A stretch of 64,000 nt of DNA from Podarcis filfolensis (Eukaryota), in the NCBI GenBank assembly GCA_964270895.1, contig OZ185446.1. One strand, given 5' to 3'. Position 1 is the stretch's first letter; the number at the start of each line of letters is the position of its first letter. This document shows, piece by piece, positions 13,963-28,222 of this stretch. The translations under genes were made by a program, and so were the position numbers. The notes under the pieces were generated by a model that was not told the origin of the DNA, made no database searches, and saw nothing but the letters and a program-made list of their open reading frames with translations.

Positions 13963-14988
13963 TATATACATTTAGATACAAGGACTATTCAGAAAGTTCG
14001 ACTTACATACACTTAACTGTTATGCGGACTGATGCTTCTCAGCAAACTTGCATAGGAAGTGCTACTGTGTTCAAGAGAGCTTATTCCCAGGGAAACATGC
14101 ACAGGATCACAGCTTAATGTATGCACGGATAAATGGCATTTGTAGGACAAACTTAATTTTTCCTTTAAAATGCTGTATGTACTAAACCACTCTAAGCGTA
14201 GAATTCAACATTCAGCATCTCTGTTAGCCCACAGCTTATTACAAGAGAAAAGTTGGGTATCATAGATGATACTTTTTTTTAATATACTTGGCTGCTTACA
14301 TTTGCTTTCCAGCTCATTATATAGAATGCAAAGCTCATAGGATATGCATTTACATATAAGGTTGTCAAATTAGTGACGACAGAGTTTTGTGACAGTTTGC
14401 TTGGAAACAGTAAAAGCGCATACTGTACCAGTTATATTTTCAGAACTGAGGCAGCCAAGTACTGGACTCTTAAAGATCTTATGCAACTAAAAGCTGCCTA
14501 CCACTACAAGGAAGGAGGACTACAATACAAAAGTACTGTTGGGATCTGCAGAACTTGTATTTTACAGGTGCCATATATTTAATACTAGGCCGGTACCACT
14601 GATATATTATTTGAGATGCTTGCTAAAAGTTGTTTTTTTTAAAGCAAGCCTACCCAGACATATAATTTATGGTTCTGCTTTTTTAAATGCATATTTGTAA
14701 GTATTCATCCTTGTTAATCATTGCTGAAGTGGAAACAGGGTCCACAGTTCTAAACCTTCCTCCATATTGTGAAGAACTAGACAAAATAAAACACCCTCTG
14801 CAAAGAGATGACTGTTATGAGTCATGTAACACGACCAGTTTGGAGGCAGAAAGAGAATGCCATCACCATAGTGCTTGACTGCACTTTTGCATGCCCCGGC
14901 TGGTCTACTGCATCTACTAACTTCTTAACAGTAGCATCTATATACAGTAAAGGTAAATCTAAAGGCCATAAGAAGTAATCAGAAAGAA

Positions 14989-15243
14989 CAGGGGTCAGCA
15001 AACTTTTTCAGCAGGGGGCCGGTCCACTGTCCCTCAGACTTTGTGGGCAGCCAGACTATATTTTTTTGGGGGGGGGGAATGAACAAATTCCTATGCCCCA
15101 CAAATAACCCAGAGATGCATTTTAAATAAAAAAACCACATTCTACTCATGTAAAAACATGCTGATTCCCGGACCGTCCGTGGGCCGGATTTAGAAGGCGA
15201 TTGGGCCGGATCCAGCCCCCAGGCCTTAGTTTGCCTACCCATG
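14989..15243. mobile_element. hAT-type MITE
   Basis: Imperfect TIRs CAGGGGTCAGCAAACT / AGTTTGCCTACCCATG; 8-bp flanks agaaagaa/agaaagat; near-identical to 24264-24517. Confidence 0.8.
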
Positions 15244-15458
15244 AGAAAGATCATAAACAGAAGCCACAATGGAGTGTAAAATAAAATGCAAGATATCTAC
15301 AGCCAAAGTCTGTGAAAGTGCTGTTTTCAGTAACAGTCTGCTTAAATGTATGTGAATCTCAACAGCTTAGTGCTGTTACAGACCACGTATTGGTGTGATG
15401 CAGTGGCTGAACATGGAAACCTAAATCCGGGACATTTCACACAACATGGAAGCATGTA

Positions 15459-15704
15459 TAGTCGTACCTTAGAAGTCGAACAGTCTAGTTCTTGAATGTT
15501 TTGGCTTCGGAACGCCGCAAACCCGGAAGTGACTGTTCCGGTTTACGAACTATTTTTGGAAGCTGAATGTCCGACAGGGCTTCCAGGGCGTCAGATTGGC
15601 TGCAGGAGCTTCCTGCAGCCAATCAGAAGCCACACTTTGGTTTTCGAATGTTTTGGAAGTTGAAAGGACTTCCGGAACAGATTCCATTCGACTTCCAAGG
15701 TACC
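15459..15704. mobile_element. Degenerate pogo/Tigger-like MITE
   Basis: Ends tagtcgtacctt...ccaaggtac; internal gattggctgcaggagcttcctgcagccaatcagaagc motif shared with 506-741. Confidence 0.65.
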
Positions 15705-18700
15705 CAGCAGGGAGATTTGGTCCATCCCAACTTTCTGGCATAGCTATAGTGTATAATGTGCATGTCAAATGCACATAGTTGGATGTATAGTGTGTACATT
15801 TTACAACTTAAATGTGAAGGAGACCTTCACTATCTTATGCTTAAAAGGATTTTGATGATAAAATGAGAAAGTACCACATATGTTGCTCTGAGATATTTGG
15901 AACAGGGCTGTATACAAATTTTGTAAAAACTGGAATAAAGTTCTGCATAGCAGAATGGCAAATTACTCTTGTCTAACTAATTAAAATACTGACATTACTT
16001 CCCTTAACATGTGGTTTATCTAGGGCACTTTTAAACAGTAGACAATACCTACTGCTTCTAAAATATGTTCTGGGGACACAAAGCTAATAATAATTTTTAG
16101 CATGAATATTTTGAATATTTGAAGAATTTTGCATACATTACCATGTCAGACGGGGAGTAGAGCCAACAAATTTGACAAACACCACCTCCAAGGAGAGTGA
16201 GGTTTCTATTGGGGCCTTCTAGATGCATTACCTCAGTCTCTTTACCACTAAGCATCATTACCACAAGGCAGTGGGACAATTTATCATATACCTACTAATG
16301 GCATCATCCCCCCCCACACCTGCTAACATCCCCAAAGCAAGCCATCAAAATAGCAAATCCCATCATTTTTGGCAGGGATGAAGCAATCTACTCTGAAAAT
16401 GTTCTCACCATTCAGGAATACAGTATGACTGTTCTTCCATCACTTGAGCAGTCTGAGCATGTTAGTGATTTAATAAACTAAGTTATCAAAACACTTAATG
16501 GGGGGAAGAGTCCAGCAACATCTGGAGGGCCAAAGGCCCACTGCTTCTGGTTTAAGAGTTACCATGGGTATTTATATCCTACCCTTCAATGTATTACAAT
16601 GGAAGTTTCACATTTTATTCCGCAGCCTAGATACATTGGTATTTACTGAAATCAACAAGTGATGCATGAATGGGACGTATTTATTCACAACTGCTTCGTG
16701 ACTCATCCCAAGCCACTGCAACTCCCTGGTGCCTGTCTACTGGACATCTTCCCTTCACACTGTGTTCACTGCAACAGCCATTAGCATACCCAGATGGAAA
16801 TATTATTGCAGTGGAAGGAAATCTGACAAATGTTGGTAACAGAAAATGGTGCTAAATGACCTGAGAGAATACAAAGTTTTTGGCTGACACCCCCCCCCCC
16901 ATTAGAATAGGCACCAGGTGAGCCTCTTAATGGAGAGCATCCTATAGCCAAGGAGCAAACAAGAAGACATTCTGTCTCATAGTCACCCACATTACTTCAG
17001 ATTGAGAGGAGGTTATTTACCAGTTTGATTACGAACCAGAGAGTTCTCCCTAATAGCTTCATAGGAAGAAAGGAGGTAGTGACACCAATCTGTACAAAAG
17101 CACAAAGTGTTTTGGATAAAACTTAATATGTAAAGCACAGGATTATGCACATCCTCACAAGAAATCCAAGTTTAGAATACACAAATGTAAGTGTTAAGAA
17201 GATTAGAACAACTTCCCCATGTTGTTGCTAGCAGGTACAGCCTAACAACTCTTAAGAGAAATATTTTTAGCTTAGAGATAAATTTAATGAAAAGATTTGT
17301 TACATACAAATCCAAGGCCCAGTACAGGTATACTATATACTGAAAATGAAATTGAGAAAAACATTTTAAAAGTCGATAAAAGGCATTAAAATACTGTTTT
17401 TTGTGCATTTAAAAGGACTGTAAAATGACTATTTTCTTTGTTTGACTATGTTACTTCCATTTCAAACAAAGAAATGTAATACTCCTGGCAAGTTTGTCTA
17501 AGATTCATTATAGCCAGTGCAGTAAGTTGACAATGTAACTGAAGCTTGTCTTTTCCCCCCGGTAGCAAAGGTATTTTATGGCAAAATAATTTGATCAATT
17601 ATCAACACAGTAAGTGTTAGGCAGAAACTCTCAATGTCTTATTCCACCTTGCATTTTCCCGATTAATTAAATGCAGGCCAAAGAGAGAAAGAGAATCGCT
17701 TTGTGGTTTCCATTTTAGGAATGTATGCATTTATAATGGAAGTTGGAGATGTGGTACAAGAGCAAGACTCATGAACATAGTCTTGTTGATAGAGCCTTGA
17801 CTACTTCAAATCACAGCTTAACTATGAAGTCAGAGTGTGGCCTTGGGCCAAAGCATTCTCAGTTTTCTCTCTCCCTACAATTGCCTTCTATACAAGTAGT
17901 TTTGAGGGCAAGTGGGGCATTTAACAATTCATAATCTAAAGACTTAAGACAGCAGGTGGGCTGCCTCTGTATATCTGCCCTGCCTTTAGCAAGACTTGTT
18001 CAATGCCGCCTGTTCTCATCAGCTCTGGAACACTTCACATAGCTGAACTACAGCAATCAGTAAAACAAAAGTCCAGCACATGTTCCAGGTCCCCCAAAAC
18101 AAGATCCCAGGGAAGCAAAAATACATTTTAGAAATCTTTCCTAGTATTTCTCCAACAAGACGTAAAGTTTACACCTCTTTTCCCACTGAAGACACTTATA
18201 AGACAGAAGTTTGCATATGCCATGATTGCCTATCCCTCCCAGAGTTGTCAGGGATGCCTTTCACATTAGGGAGATGCAGGCAAACCCCCTTTGCATCATG
18301 TGTGAGGGGGCAACAAGTCAACTGCACCGCTCCCAAAGAATGCAGCAACCATGAGGAGAGGCCCGGCCTATGCACATGCTGACATAGCTGTGTAGTGCAG
18401 GAGTGGGCCTGTCCAATCTGCTTAAATCCTTACCACCCAGAGATCTACTAGTAGATCCAAATTTACTTTCCACCCATCACTAACGTAGAGCTCCTCCACA
18501 CAAAGGGAACTCCTGGTTGGTCTTAAGAGTCCCCTCTCCCTGGCATTCAGCTCTCTTGAAACTCATTGGTAGGGCCCTTTCTTTCTCACTGTTACCAAAT
18601 GCAGGGCTCAACAAGTTTTGGCTTGCCCTACTTGCAAATTTGTCAGCACCGAGACATACATGCACCCTTCCCACAAGGCCCAGGGTGTTGCCCACAATCA

Positions 18701-19859
18701 CATACTACATCTCATATCAACCACACGGTCAAAGAAACTGCTCCTCTTTCTAGGTCTAAGTTTGGAGCAGAGAACAGAAAAACACACACACTCTTTGGAG
18801 AGAGGGAAAAGGCTTCTTCTGTGTCTGTGTCCAAAGGGTGCTCTGAGCACCTATCAAGGACGGAGGGACATCCAGGCACCTTCATTGTCCATCTCCAGCT
18901 TTGAGCATATGCAGGGATGTACACTCACTTTTTTTTAACCCCTTTCACAGTGTGTGGCTGACAAGGTAGCGAAGCCTAGTTAATTTGAACTCTCTTATTG
19001 AGAACTCTGATCCCAGGGGACAAAAATGGCAAAAGGATGAGGACACTGGAATAAGATGATGTCACATATACTGGAGACAAGTGGCTCCCAACTCAACAAT
19101 TCTGATTCAATGAGGTCTTGGGGAGCACAAGCTTTTTTAAGTTCAAGTTGTAAGATTTATTCTAAAGTAGTAATGGAGAGCAGAAAAGATATTAAGGATT
19201 TCATCATGGGCTGAACAAGAATTTCTGCTGGGTTGCTAAAGTTCTAATTTAAAAGCATGTTATTCTCATGGCTGTCAATACCAGGCAGTGCTGAAAGTGA
19301 GACTTGGTATACCATTCTACAAACTTGTGCAGTGCAAACCTGTAAGACTTCAATATAACACAATACTGTTAAATTTTAGAAACTGGGTAATGGAGAACTA
19401 GGTTGCTTTCAGACACCCTGTTTATTAAGCATTCAACCTGATTTGTTTGCAAAAAGTTTGCAGGGAGGTTGGGCAAAGCTGGCTATTTACTGAGCATTAA
19501 TTCCAATTAGTTTGCAAGGCGTTTATTCAACATTGAATCAAATGTTGTTATCCCACAATTTGTGGGGTTTTTGGGGGGGGGGGCAGAGGGGGCAAGTTTG
19601 TTTCAGAAGAGCATCAAATCAACTAACTGTGTGACCTGAATTTTCTGGTACATGACTGACTTCAATCCAAAAATAGTCCGAATATGCCCATAGCTACACA
19701 TTTAAGTAGGGGCATTCAGTGTTAGAAATTAGCAAGACGCATTTTGCTACTGGCATGGGTCCAATTGTGACCATGTGGAGATCTCTGGATGCCAAGTTGA
19801 TGACTGACATCTCCACCTGGCTGCCCCCCCAAGCTTTCTTAAGCAGGTAAGCAGAAGAA

Positions 19860-20068
19860 CTTATTTATTCTATTTATATCCCCCCCTTCCTCAAAGGATT
19901 CCATGGTTCACCTCCTCCCCCAGTTAATCCCTACAACAATCCTGTGAGGTAGGTTAAGAGGCTGTGACTGGCCCAAGATCACCCAGTGAGCTTCATGACC
20001 GAGGGGGGATTTGAACATTGATCTCTCAGGTCCTAGTCTAGCACTCTAAACCATTACAACACACTGGC
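19860..20068 (-). mobile_element. MIR-like/CORE tRNA-derived SINE
   Basis: Minus-strand tRNA-like head (agccagtgtgttgtaatggtttagagtgctagactagg...gttcaaatcccc), core region and A-rich tail. Confidence 0.6.
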
Positions 20069-22186
20069 TTCCTAGAGTACCGTACTTCTGCTATGGGAGA
20101 GCTATATAAAATAAATGGGTAAATAAATATGGGGAAAGCAAAATGTCAGTTGGAGAAGGATCTGAAATATTTCCCTTGAAGCCTGACTTTGTTTTCTTTT
20201 ATGTTTTAATGAGTTGTAAACTCATAAAAAAGGTACCTAGACATTCTGTTGTGGCAACCGTAACCTAGGTTTAAGGTGCCATTTGGCGATTAGCTTATAT
20301 ATCTGAGTTTCTACAACTGGGCATACTCTACTGTTAAAAGTTCTTGAACGTTTTGAAAGCAAGTACCAGTGGTCTGGTGCTGGTTGTGGTTGCTGTTTTC
20401 ACTACCCAAGCATCTGCTGCTAGAACTGTTTTACTAATCCAACAGACTCTACAAGGCATATGTAATTTAGAATTTGCAAACACACTTAGCTACAGACAAA
20501 ATTCACTAGCTTGAAATGGAGTTATGCAAATGTTTTCACAGCATTTGAAAATTTAGATATAGAAGGAATCAATATTTTTTTCCTTTGACCCAGTTAAGGA
20601 AGGGGGAATGTAGGCACTTAGAAAACTTAGTATTCAAACTAAATGATATCTCAGCGTCTCAAGTATAACAAAAAAAAATTAGTAAAGGATGAATGCAAAC
20701 AATGGAGTCACACTGAAATTACATCAGTAATTAAGCACTCTCCTAAGCTCTGTACTCAGAATGTCTTACATACAGCTAATTTATGCTCAGCAAGTCTTGT
20801 ATCCCAAGGTCCTTTCAGCAATGGGAAAGAGCAGTAAAGCTGCATTCAAGGCAATTCAACTGTATTAAGGTATGCAGGATATTCACCCATATAACTTCTT
20901 ATGATAAATTCGCATACTTAGCAGTACAAATTCCAGAATCTACAGAGTAGGTTTCCTGCGCTTAGGATGGCTCACTTTGTATAAATGAACAGATTTCCAA
21001 ATTACATGTCTAAGGTCAGCAAGTACAGTAAGTATATGAAATCCTTAAGTATCCCTGTAAACTTTGAAAACGCTTACATTTGAAAATGCCTTTCTCATGA
21101 TGACTTTGGCTTGAGTGCAGCAGCCTAACTAAGCCTAATGACACACCCAGCACTCTTCAAGAAGCTCCGCTTCCCTACAGACTCAGGAGTGGAACATTTA
21201 TTCACAGAGGAGGGAGGCCATCTAAGCTCCTGCTTCTAATCCTGTCCTCAATACCCAAGTATTTCAGCAAGCAGTACAGCAGTAGCCTGGATCTTGTCAA
21301 CAACAATGCAGCATAGAAGGGGGGTAATGGGTGGAAGGGGAGCAACTCTCCCCCCCCCCCATGCTCTGGACAAATTATGCCTTAGGTGTCAAGAAGGGAC
21401 CCGGAACCTGACTTTATATTGAAGGAATTTAGCCTCAGAACATTAAGCAGTCAAGTGGCTTAGATGGCTTTGTGAAAGAGATTACGCTAATTCGTGGGGG
21501 ATGGAGGGATCCAGCAACAGTTCTTTAACCACCGCAGGTTAACGGAAGTTGTGTATTCAGAGCTAGTGCACCAAGCACTACCTGGTACACATGACAGACA
21601 GCAAGGGGTGCGTGTGTGTGTGTGTGTTGCGTGTACACTTTCACACGCAGGTCGGCCGCGAGATTCCTGGAAGCACCTGGCTGGCAAGTGCGGGAAACAG
21701 GAGCCTGACCTCGGCGGCGCCCCAAGCCCGATCCAGCCGAGTCCGCTCTCTTTGTTCTTGGGAGAGCCCCCGGCCCCAAACGGGAGACCGGCCTCCGAAG
21801 CCCAGGAAGACCCTCCGCCCCAGCCAGTCCAGCCCTGCGGAGAGATAATGGCCGAAAGGCGAGACGCTTCCCGGGACCCCCCAAAAGACAGCAGCCCCTT
21901 TGCTGAAGGCGAGCCCAGCAGCCCCCAGAAACCCCCCGCCCCAATGCACAACAACCCCGCAGAGACGCCGAGGCGGGCAGAGAAAACCCCTTCGGCCTTC
22001 CGAGGCGGCGAGAAGGACAGCCGCCTGCACGCCCTCGACCACTAGGCCGCCCCACCACCCTTATTATTTCCCCCGGGCGCAGGGCGGCCACCCCGCCTGC
22101 AGCCTCGCCCGGGTCCCCCGCCGCCGCCGGGGTCGGGCCAAGTCGAGGCGCGACCGGGAAGGGAGGGCAGGCCGGGCCCGTCTCAC

Positions 22187-22390
22187 CTGCTGAGGAAGGG
22201 CCAGGAGCGGCGCGCGGGGAAGAGGAGGAGGAGGACGGGGACGGGGACGCAGCTCGACGCGGCCTGCGCCTGCCTGCCTGCCTGCAGCTCCCGGGCCGGC
22301 GGCACCTCAGTCTCTGGCTGGCTGGCGGGCGCGCCCTGGTCGAAGCCAGCTCCTCCCGCTCCTCCTCCCGACGCAGCCGAGGCGGAGGAA
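22187..22390 (-). other. RALA: RALA non-coding exon 1 (5' boundary approximate)
   Basis: Donor CAG|GTGAGA at 22187/22186 on the minus strand within the CpG island; exon 2 has an acceptor upstream of its ATG. Confidence 0.7.
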
Positions 22391-22479
22391 GGGGGCGAGG
22401 CGGGGCCTAAAACAACCCAACGCCGCCGCCGCCGCCGCCTCGAGCGCCTTCCGGGCCGCTTTCGGGGGCGGGAGACGCG

Positions 22480-22569
22480 GCCGCGGTTCTCTGTGGCGGG
22501 GCGGGTGTCGGCTTCTCCTCAGGCGCCGCTGGGCTCCGTAGGCCCTTCCTGAGGGAGGGAGAGAGAGAG
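22480..22569 (+). other. YAE1: Candidate non-coding first exon of YAE1 (5' boundary approximate)
   Basis: Strong donor GAG|GTAAGG at 22569/22570; the YAE1 ATG exon is preceded by acceptors (AG at 28351-28352 and 28368-28369) and is not in a CpG island. Confidence 0.5.
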
Positions 22570-23096
22570 GTAAGGGGGGCCCCGCGCGCCAAGCCGCCTT
22601 CCCGCCTCAGGCGAAGGCTCCGCCCGCAGCCGCCGCTCTGCGCCGCCGGAGGGGGAGGATCGTCCGGGTTTCAATGAACGAGGCGTCGGGGTGGAGCGAG
22701 AGGAGGAGGCGGCCTCGAGCCCCGCAGCCCCCGCCCCTGGGAGGCCTTCCGACGGGGCCGGAGGAAAGACGGCTGACCCGCTCGCTCTCTCCGACGCCGG
22801 CACCAGCAGCAGCACCCCCGTCTTCCCCAGGACGGCAGCCGGTTGAGCCAGTGACTGGAAAGGCAGGTATCCCTTTCCGACCGCCAGTCCGCCATTAAAC
22901 GACTCCCCCGCCTCGGGAAGGCGTGGGGTGGGGAAACCGGGTGTGTCCCCCCCCCCGACTAGGCTAAAGGCCGCCGTCCAGCGGCAGAGCACCTGCCTTG
23001 CGTGCAGAAGGCCCCCGCTTCGCTCCCCCCGTGGCAGGAGAGACACTCCCCGCCTGAGGCCATGGAGAGCAGCTGCTGCTGCCGGTCAGTGTAGAG

Positions 23097-23292
23097 CAGC
23101 CTTTCTCAACCTCGGGCAGCGGCGGCAGCAGCTCTCCAAGGCTTCAAGCGGGGAGCGTCTCTCCCGCCACGGGGGCTCCCAGGTGTTCTTGAACTACATC
23201 TCCCATCATCCCTGGGGCACTGGCAGTGCTGGCTAGGGATTATGGGAGTTGTAGTCCAGCAACACCTGGGGACTCAAGGTTAAGAAAGGCTG
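23097..23292. mobile_element. hAT-like MITE
   Basis: TIRs CAGCCTTTCTCAACCT / AGGTTAAGAAAGGCTG; internal ctcccatcatccc...gggagttgtagtcc hairpin. TSD not evident. Confidence 0.6.
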
Positions 23293-24263
23293 GGCAATAG
23301 TGTACTGAGCAGTAGGCTCCAGTATAAGTTCCCATATTGACCTGCTAGTGCATCCAGCACTGGCTTTGGTTCCTGTGCAGAGTAGCATCTCCCTCTCTCT
23401 CTGTCTCTGCCACTCTGTGGTCTTCAAGCCTCAGGCATGAGAAATGCTAGCCGCAAACAATTCTGTTCAATGCCTGGTGCCAATAAATGTGGGGTAGGGT
23501 CTGTTGATGGGTGAGAGGCCAGACGTGTCTCAGGGGTCCCTGTTGGGGGACTGACTCTGAGGGAAAGCAAGCAAGAGGGCTCCATGTTGGGGCTGCAGCT
23601 GGCTCCCTTCTTCCAGTGCCAGCAATACAGGAGAGCCATGGTGGGGAAGGCCACAGATCATGAGAAGATGGCCCAGAGAAAGAGCATCCCCAGCCACCAC
23701 TGAGTCAAAGACTGCTGCGGTATCCAGGCTTAAAAGAGAAAGCATTAACTGGGCCCCTTGAAGCAGGCGTCTCTGGAATGGAAAGAGACTAATCTTGTGG
23801 CTAAGGTAGTGTATATAGACATAAAAGTACATGTGTCAATTATCTACACTATTGTCAAGTGGTCTTCTATAGGCAGTGTTTTTATTCTTCCTTTTCTTGA
23901 CTCTGATGCTGATACTATTTGTAGGAGCAACAGTCTGATGTCTTACACTTTCCATCCTGTGTTAGCAGTATACTGCATTTTAAATGATATACCTACCAGT
24001 GAAGGTCTGCCACATATACTGGTGAAAGGGATGTTGTTGACATGCCTGCAGTAGTGCAGTTGCACCATGGAAGATAGCACATCTCAGAGGTGGATAAAGG
24101 AGAGGCCAAGTTAGGTATAATTCTAAACAACGCTCAAAAGGGTCAATCTCCACTTACCACCCACAGATCACCATTTTCCCATCGTGCACATGATGCATGT
24201 ATTTATTTTTATTATTTAACACTTATAGAAGACAGTACCTACATGAAGGTTCAGAGTCTAACA

Positions 24264-24517
24264 CAGGGGTCAGCAAACTTTTTCAGCAGGGGGCCAGTCC
24301 ACTGTCCCTCAGACCTTGTGGGGGACCGGACTATATTTTTTTGGAGGGGGGAAATGAACAAATTCCTATGCCCCACAAATAACCCAGAGATGCATTTTAA
24401 ATAAAAGGACACATTCTACTCATGTGAAAACGTGCTGATTCCCGGACTGTCCGTGGGCTGGATTTAGAAGGCGATTGGGCTGGATCTGGCCCCCGGGCCT
24501 TAGTTTGCCTACCCATG
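24264..24517. mobile_element. hAT-type MITE with perfect 8-bp TSD
   Basis: TSD GTCTAACA at 24256-24263 and 24518-24525; same family as 14989-15243. Confidence 0.9.
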
Positions 24518-26023
24518 GTCTAACAAATACTATACAAAAAGAAAAAGGATTGGGGAAGTAAGAGGAAAACTAGCATTTCAGAAGCTGCTCCTTTGCTGAC
24601 TGATGGAGACAACATTGCTAAGATTTTCTTCTTGAGAGGAAACAAGTGCAGGCATCCAGTGATTCTTGGCCACCTAGCTGCTGGCAGAGCCCATAGATTG
24701 CCTCATTTCATCTCTACAATCCCAGGTAATGGCAGTTGGAGCAGTGGGTTCTTTTATGTATAGAGGGTACGGAAGCAAGTTCCCTGCATCTGCTCTGGCA
24801 CCTTGCTGTGATCTTCCTGGGAGGCAGAAGGGGTGGCTGCCTAAGGCTGTGATGAGTAAGAGTGTGTGCTTTCCTTTGGTTCTTCAAAAAGCTCATGCTA
24901 GTTTGAGTCATATGTACAGGTGTCAACAACACTACAACCATGAAGCAAACAGCCACTCTTCACTCGACAGACCAAGCAAATCAAAACTCTCCAAGTAGGA
25001 ACAGGAAACAACAATCAAGAGCACAACAACTAAAGTACAGGATGATGAAAATGTCTAGCTTTTAGGATCATGACTCTTACTAGTCAAGGAGACTAGCTCC
25101 TTCCACAGGTATAAAGTCATTTCTCGCACAGCAAACTGTTGCACTATGGAACCAGACGCATTGCACTGGTAAAGATGAAGGTACAGTTCTGTCTGCTACA
25201 GGCTTCTCTTCCCCAAAAACAGATTTGGAGTCTTAGTATTACTGGAACAGTGTTGCATTTTATATGCACACACATTTGAACACTAGTCTTATAAAAGAGT
25301 GAATCATAATGCTAGGAATTGACTGCAGTTTAGCAACACCATTCAGTGGAAATGCCTCTCCACCCACAGAAAATGACAGGTGCATAATTTATACATTTTG
25401 TGTTCCGACGAGAGTTGCTATGCTGCCCTCAAAAGCTGTCACTCTATATTGATGAGGGAAATGGAAAAAGTGAGGGCAACTCCTGGAAAACAAAGGTTTC
25501 TCTGTGAACTATTTCTCCATTCACTTGAACCACCAGAATAACCAGAGTTGAAATTAGTTTTAAATTATGTACACCTTGCATAGGCATTGTGGGTTGTATA
25601 AAGGAGAGCTTTTTTTAGAGGCAAGGTTTCTGGAGCTTCAGATTTTAGGCTGTGTGGCTTGCAAATAAGGAACGGCTTCAAATCCTGCAAAGTTGTGGGA
25701 GTGTTGTAAGTCTTGTTTTTTTACAAGCCTGTTGTACGGACACTCCTTACCATTGTTATAGCTTCTTGGTAGCAGGAAGTAGAAGGTTCTTGTGCTCCTT
25801 TGCTGGAAGAAGAATGGTGCTGCTTAGGAGCACCCCATTCTGACATTAATTCCACCAAGGCAGATAGCAGAAGCAAAACATGAATTAGGATTGTGTCAGA
25901 TAACTGTCCAGTTTTTTTTACTACAGCACATGCTGTATGGCAACTCTAGCTTCTGGTGGGGAGGGAAATGCAAATCTATCCACAACCATAGCAGTGGTGC
26001 CGCTTTCTTTCAAAAGTGTGGTA

Positions 26024-26215
26024 GGGTAAGAACATAGCTCAGTGGTAAAATAAGTTTGGCATGCAGAAGCTCCTCAGTTGAAGCCCCAGCATATCCAGGA
26101 CTGATTGTTGGGGGGGGGGGGCTTGTCTGTTGCCCCGGAGAGCTGCTGAAATAATTGACAGTATTGAGCTAGATGGACCAATGGGTTTGACTTGGAAAAA
26201 GGGTAGTTTCCTAAC
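26024..26215 (+). mobile_element. tRNA-derived squamate SINE
   Basis: A-box-like catagctcagtggt, degenerate B box, and body ending gagctagatggaccaatgg. Confidence 0.55.
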
Positions 26216-28117
26216 ATTTCAATAGTCCTTTTGAAAGACTAGAAAGACTGAGTTCAATAGGTTTCCCTAAGAAAGGAGTTCTATAATTGTATAGTCACCA
26301 TGAATAATGCCATGTACAAAGTTTAAGCTACAAAAGTTTCCCCAAATAACTTGGAAAGAGAACTTAATATTTTATTATTCCTAGAAACAAGAAGTTGAAC
26401 ATGTCTTTAATTGTTGAACAGAAGTTACCTGTGGTTCTCCTAATGGGTGGCACACTTAAAGAGTGGCAAACACCACAGTATGTACAAATCCAGGTTCTTC
26501 TACTGCTTTTAGATGATCAGCTCCCCCCAAACCAAATGTATGCCTGAAATACTCTGGTGAATTGAAAGGTATTCTTGAGCATATTCTTAATTTGCACAGG
26601 AATATCCTTGCCTTGTCTCAGACAGTAACTAACCTTGACCCAGGCTTGTCCTCTGTGATTGTCACATTAGCTTGCTTGCTTACCTGGAAGACCGACTAAA
26701 GACTGACCCAACATGTTTAGTAAGCCTTCCAAGTAAGCAAGCTTTCAGTAAACATGCATAAGACTGGACTGCAGTTCAAGGACAGTAAGTGCTATAAAGC
26801 TATAGATTTTTTTAGCTGCTGATAATCATTGTGTTCTGTCCTTTAAATATCCCAGCACAGGGTTTTGAGAATAAAAACATCAAAATGATGTAATAGTAAC
26901 AAAAAATCGATATCAATCCAGATGCTCCTAACTTGTTGCTAGGAAACACTAATCTTTTGGGTAGGCTCTTCTTAAATTGCCAGGAAATTGCTCCTGAAAT
27001 TCCTGCTGGTGGTGGGGAAATGTCTTAATAAACTGGAGCAACTGGAGCATACTGAAGAAAATACTATTTTTCCACTCTGCTACACTTAGCTAAACAGAAA
27101 AGAGTCCCTTTCACCTGTAACAGTAAATTGGACAGTTGCTCCAAGAGGAAGTCAGGTTAACTACTGGCAAAAAAAAAACCTGTTGAGAACAACAGAATGA
27201 ATCATGCAGTGGATAATTAACATTCACACTGACTTTTGCAACACCTGCAAATTAACTTCCATACTGACTTTCTCTATATCTCCACTGTACACTTATTTTA
27301 TATAAGCTGCCCAGAGTGGCTGGGGAAACCCAGCCAGATGGGAGGGGTATAAATAATAAAATTATAATTATAGAGAGAGTGAGAGAATATTGAAGAACCT
27401 TTATTTGTTCTGCATTAGTCTCTCAATCCTTAAAAAAAAAGTTTTGTCATATGTACTACAGGAAACTACCCATTTACTCAGGGGTTATGTGAAATTGCAT
27501 AGATTTGGAAAAGCCAGCAAACGCCGTCTAAACCTCTGGAAACCCTTGGAAAACCCTTTATAAAACAAGAACACCTTTTCGTACATTAAATGCTGACAGA
27601 TTTACTCTGCTATAAATTTCCCAGATGGAGCCCACTGCAACAGCGCAATGAAGTGTTCTTCTTAGCTGTTACACCTGGATATATGGGGGGGGGGGAGCAT
27701 GAAATCCATGAACTTTTGGACCTCTTGTTTCCTATTCATTTCCTCTCTTCCCATATGTCAGCTAAGACTTCCATGAATCTGATAAGGTTGACTGTATTCT
27801 GCAAAAGCATCGGCCATAATAAATTCCGTTAGTCTTTAATGTATTACAAAGCTTCTCTTGGGGTATGAAGACACAGCAGTTGGAAGTATCTGCTACCTCA
27901 AAAGTGACAAAGTTGGGCTGCTGGTGGCCATTTCTTGAGAAGACACTTTCTTCTCCCCTCCCTCATCATGCCAATAGTGCAGCTCACAAACAAGCTGCCT
28001 CATAAGTCATGGTTTTGATCAACACAAAGTCTGTTGTGACCCTGCAAGGAGTGTGAAGGTTTTAAGTTCCATTGCCTTTTTCTCTGTTCCTTGAAGAGAG
28101 GAGTTAATAAAAGTATA

Positions 28118-28222
28118 CAGTCATACTTCGGAAGTCAAACAGAATTTGTTCCAGAAGTCTGTTCAACTTCCGAATCGTTCGACTTCCAAAGTGCGGCTTC
28201 TGGTTGGCTGCAGGAAGTTCCT
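28118..28222. mobile_element. pogo/Tigger-like MITE fragment
   Basis: TA-cagtcatacttcggaagtc start; ttcgacttccaa and gcggcttctggttggctgcagga motifs of the same family. Confidence 0.55.

Larger units (their letters stand above)
21640..23200. promoter_or_regulatory. CpG island; probable bidirectional promoter for RALA (-) and YAE1 (+)
   Basis: Very high GC and CpG density, GC boxes, (GCC)6 at 22421-22439, ETS-like CTTCCGG at ~22447; outward-facing splice donors on both strands. Confidence 0.85.

Noticed and set aside
21487-23236. Cluster of overlapping 60-190 aa ORFs on both strands
   Set aside because: Stop-poor GC-rich CpG island; Pro/Arg/Gly/Ala-biased translations with no recognisable domain.
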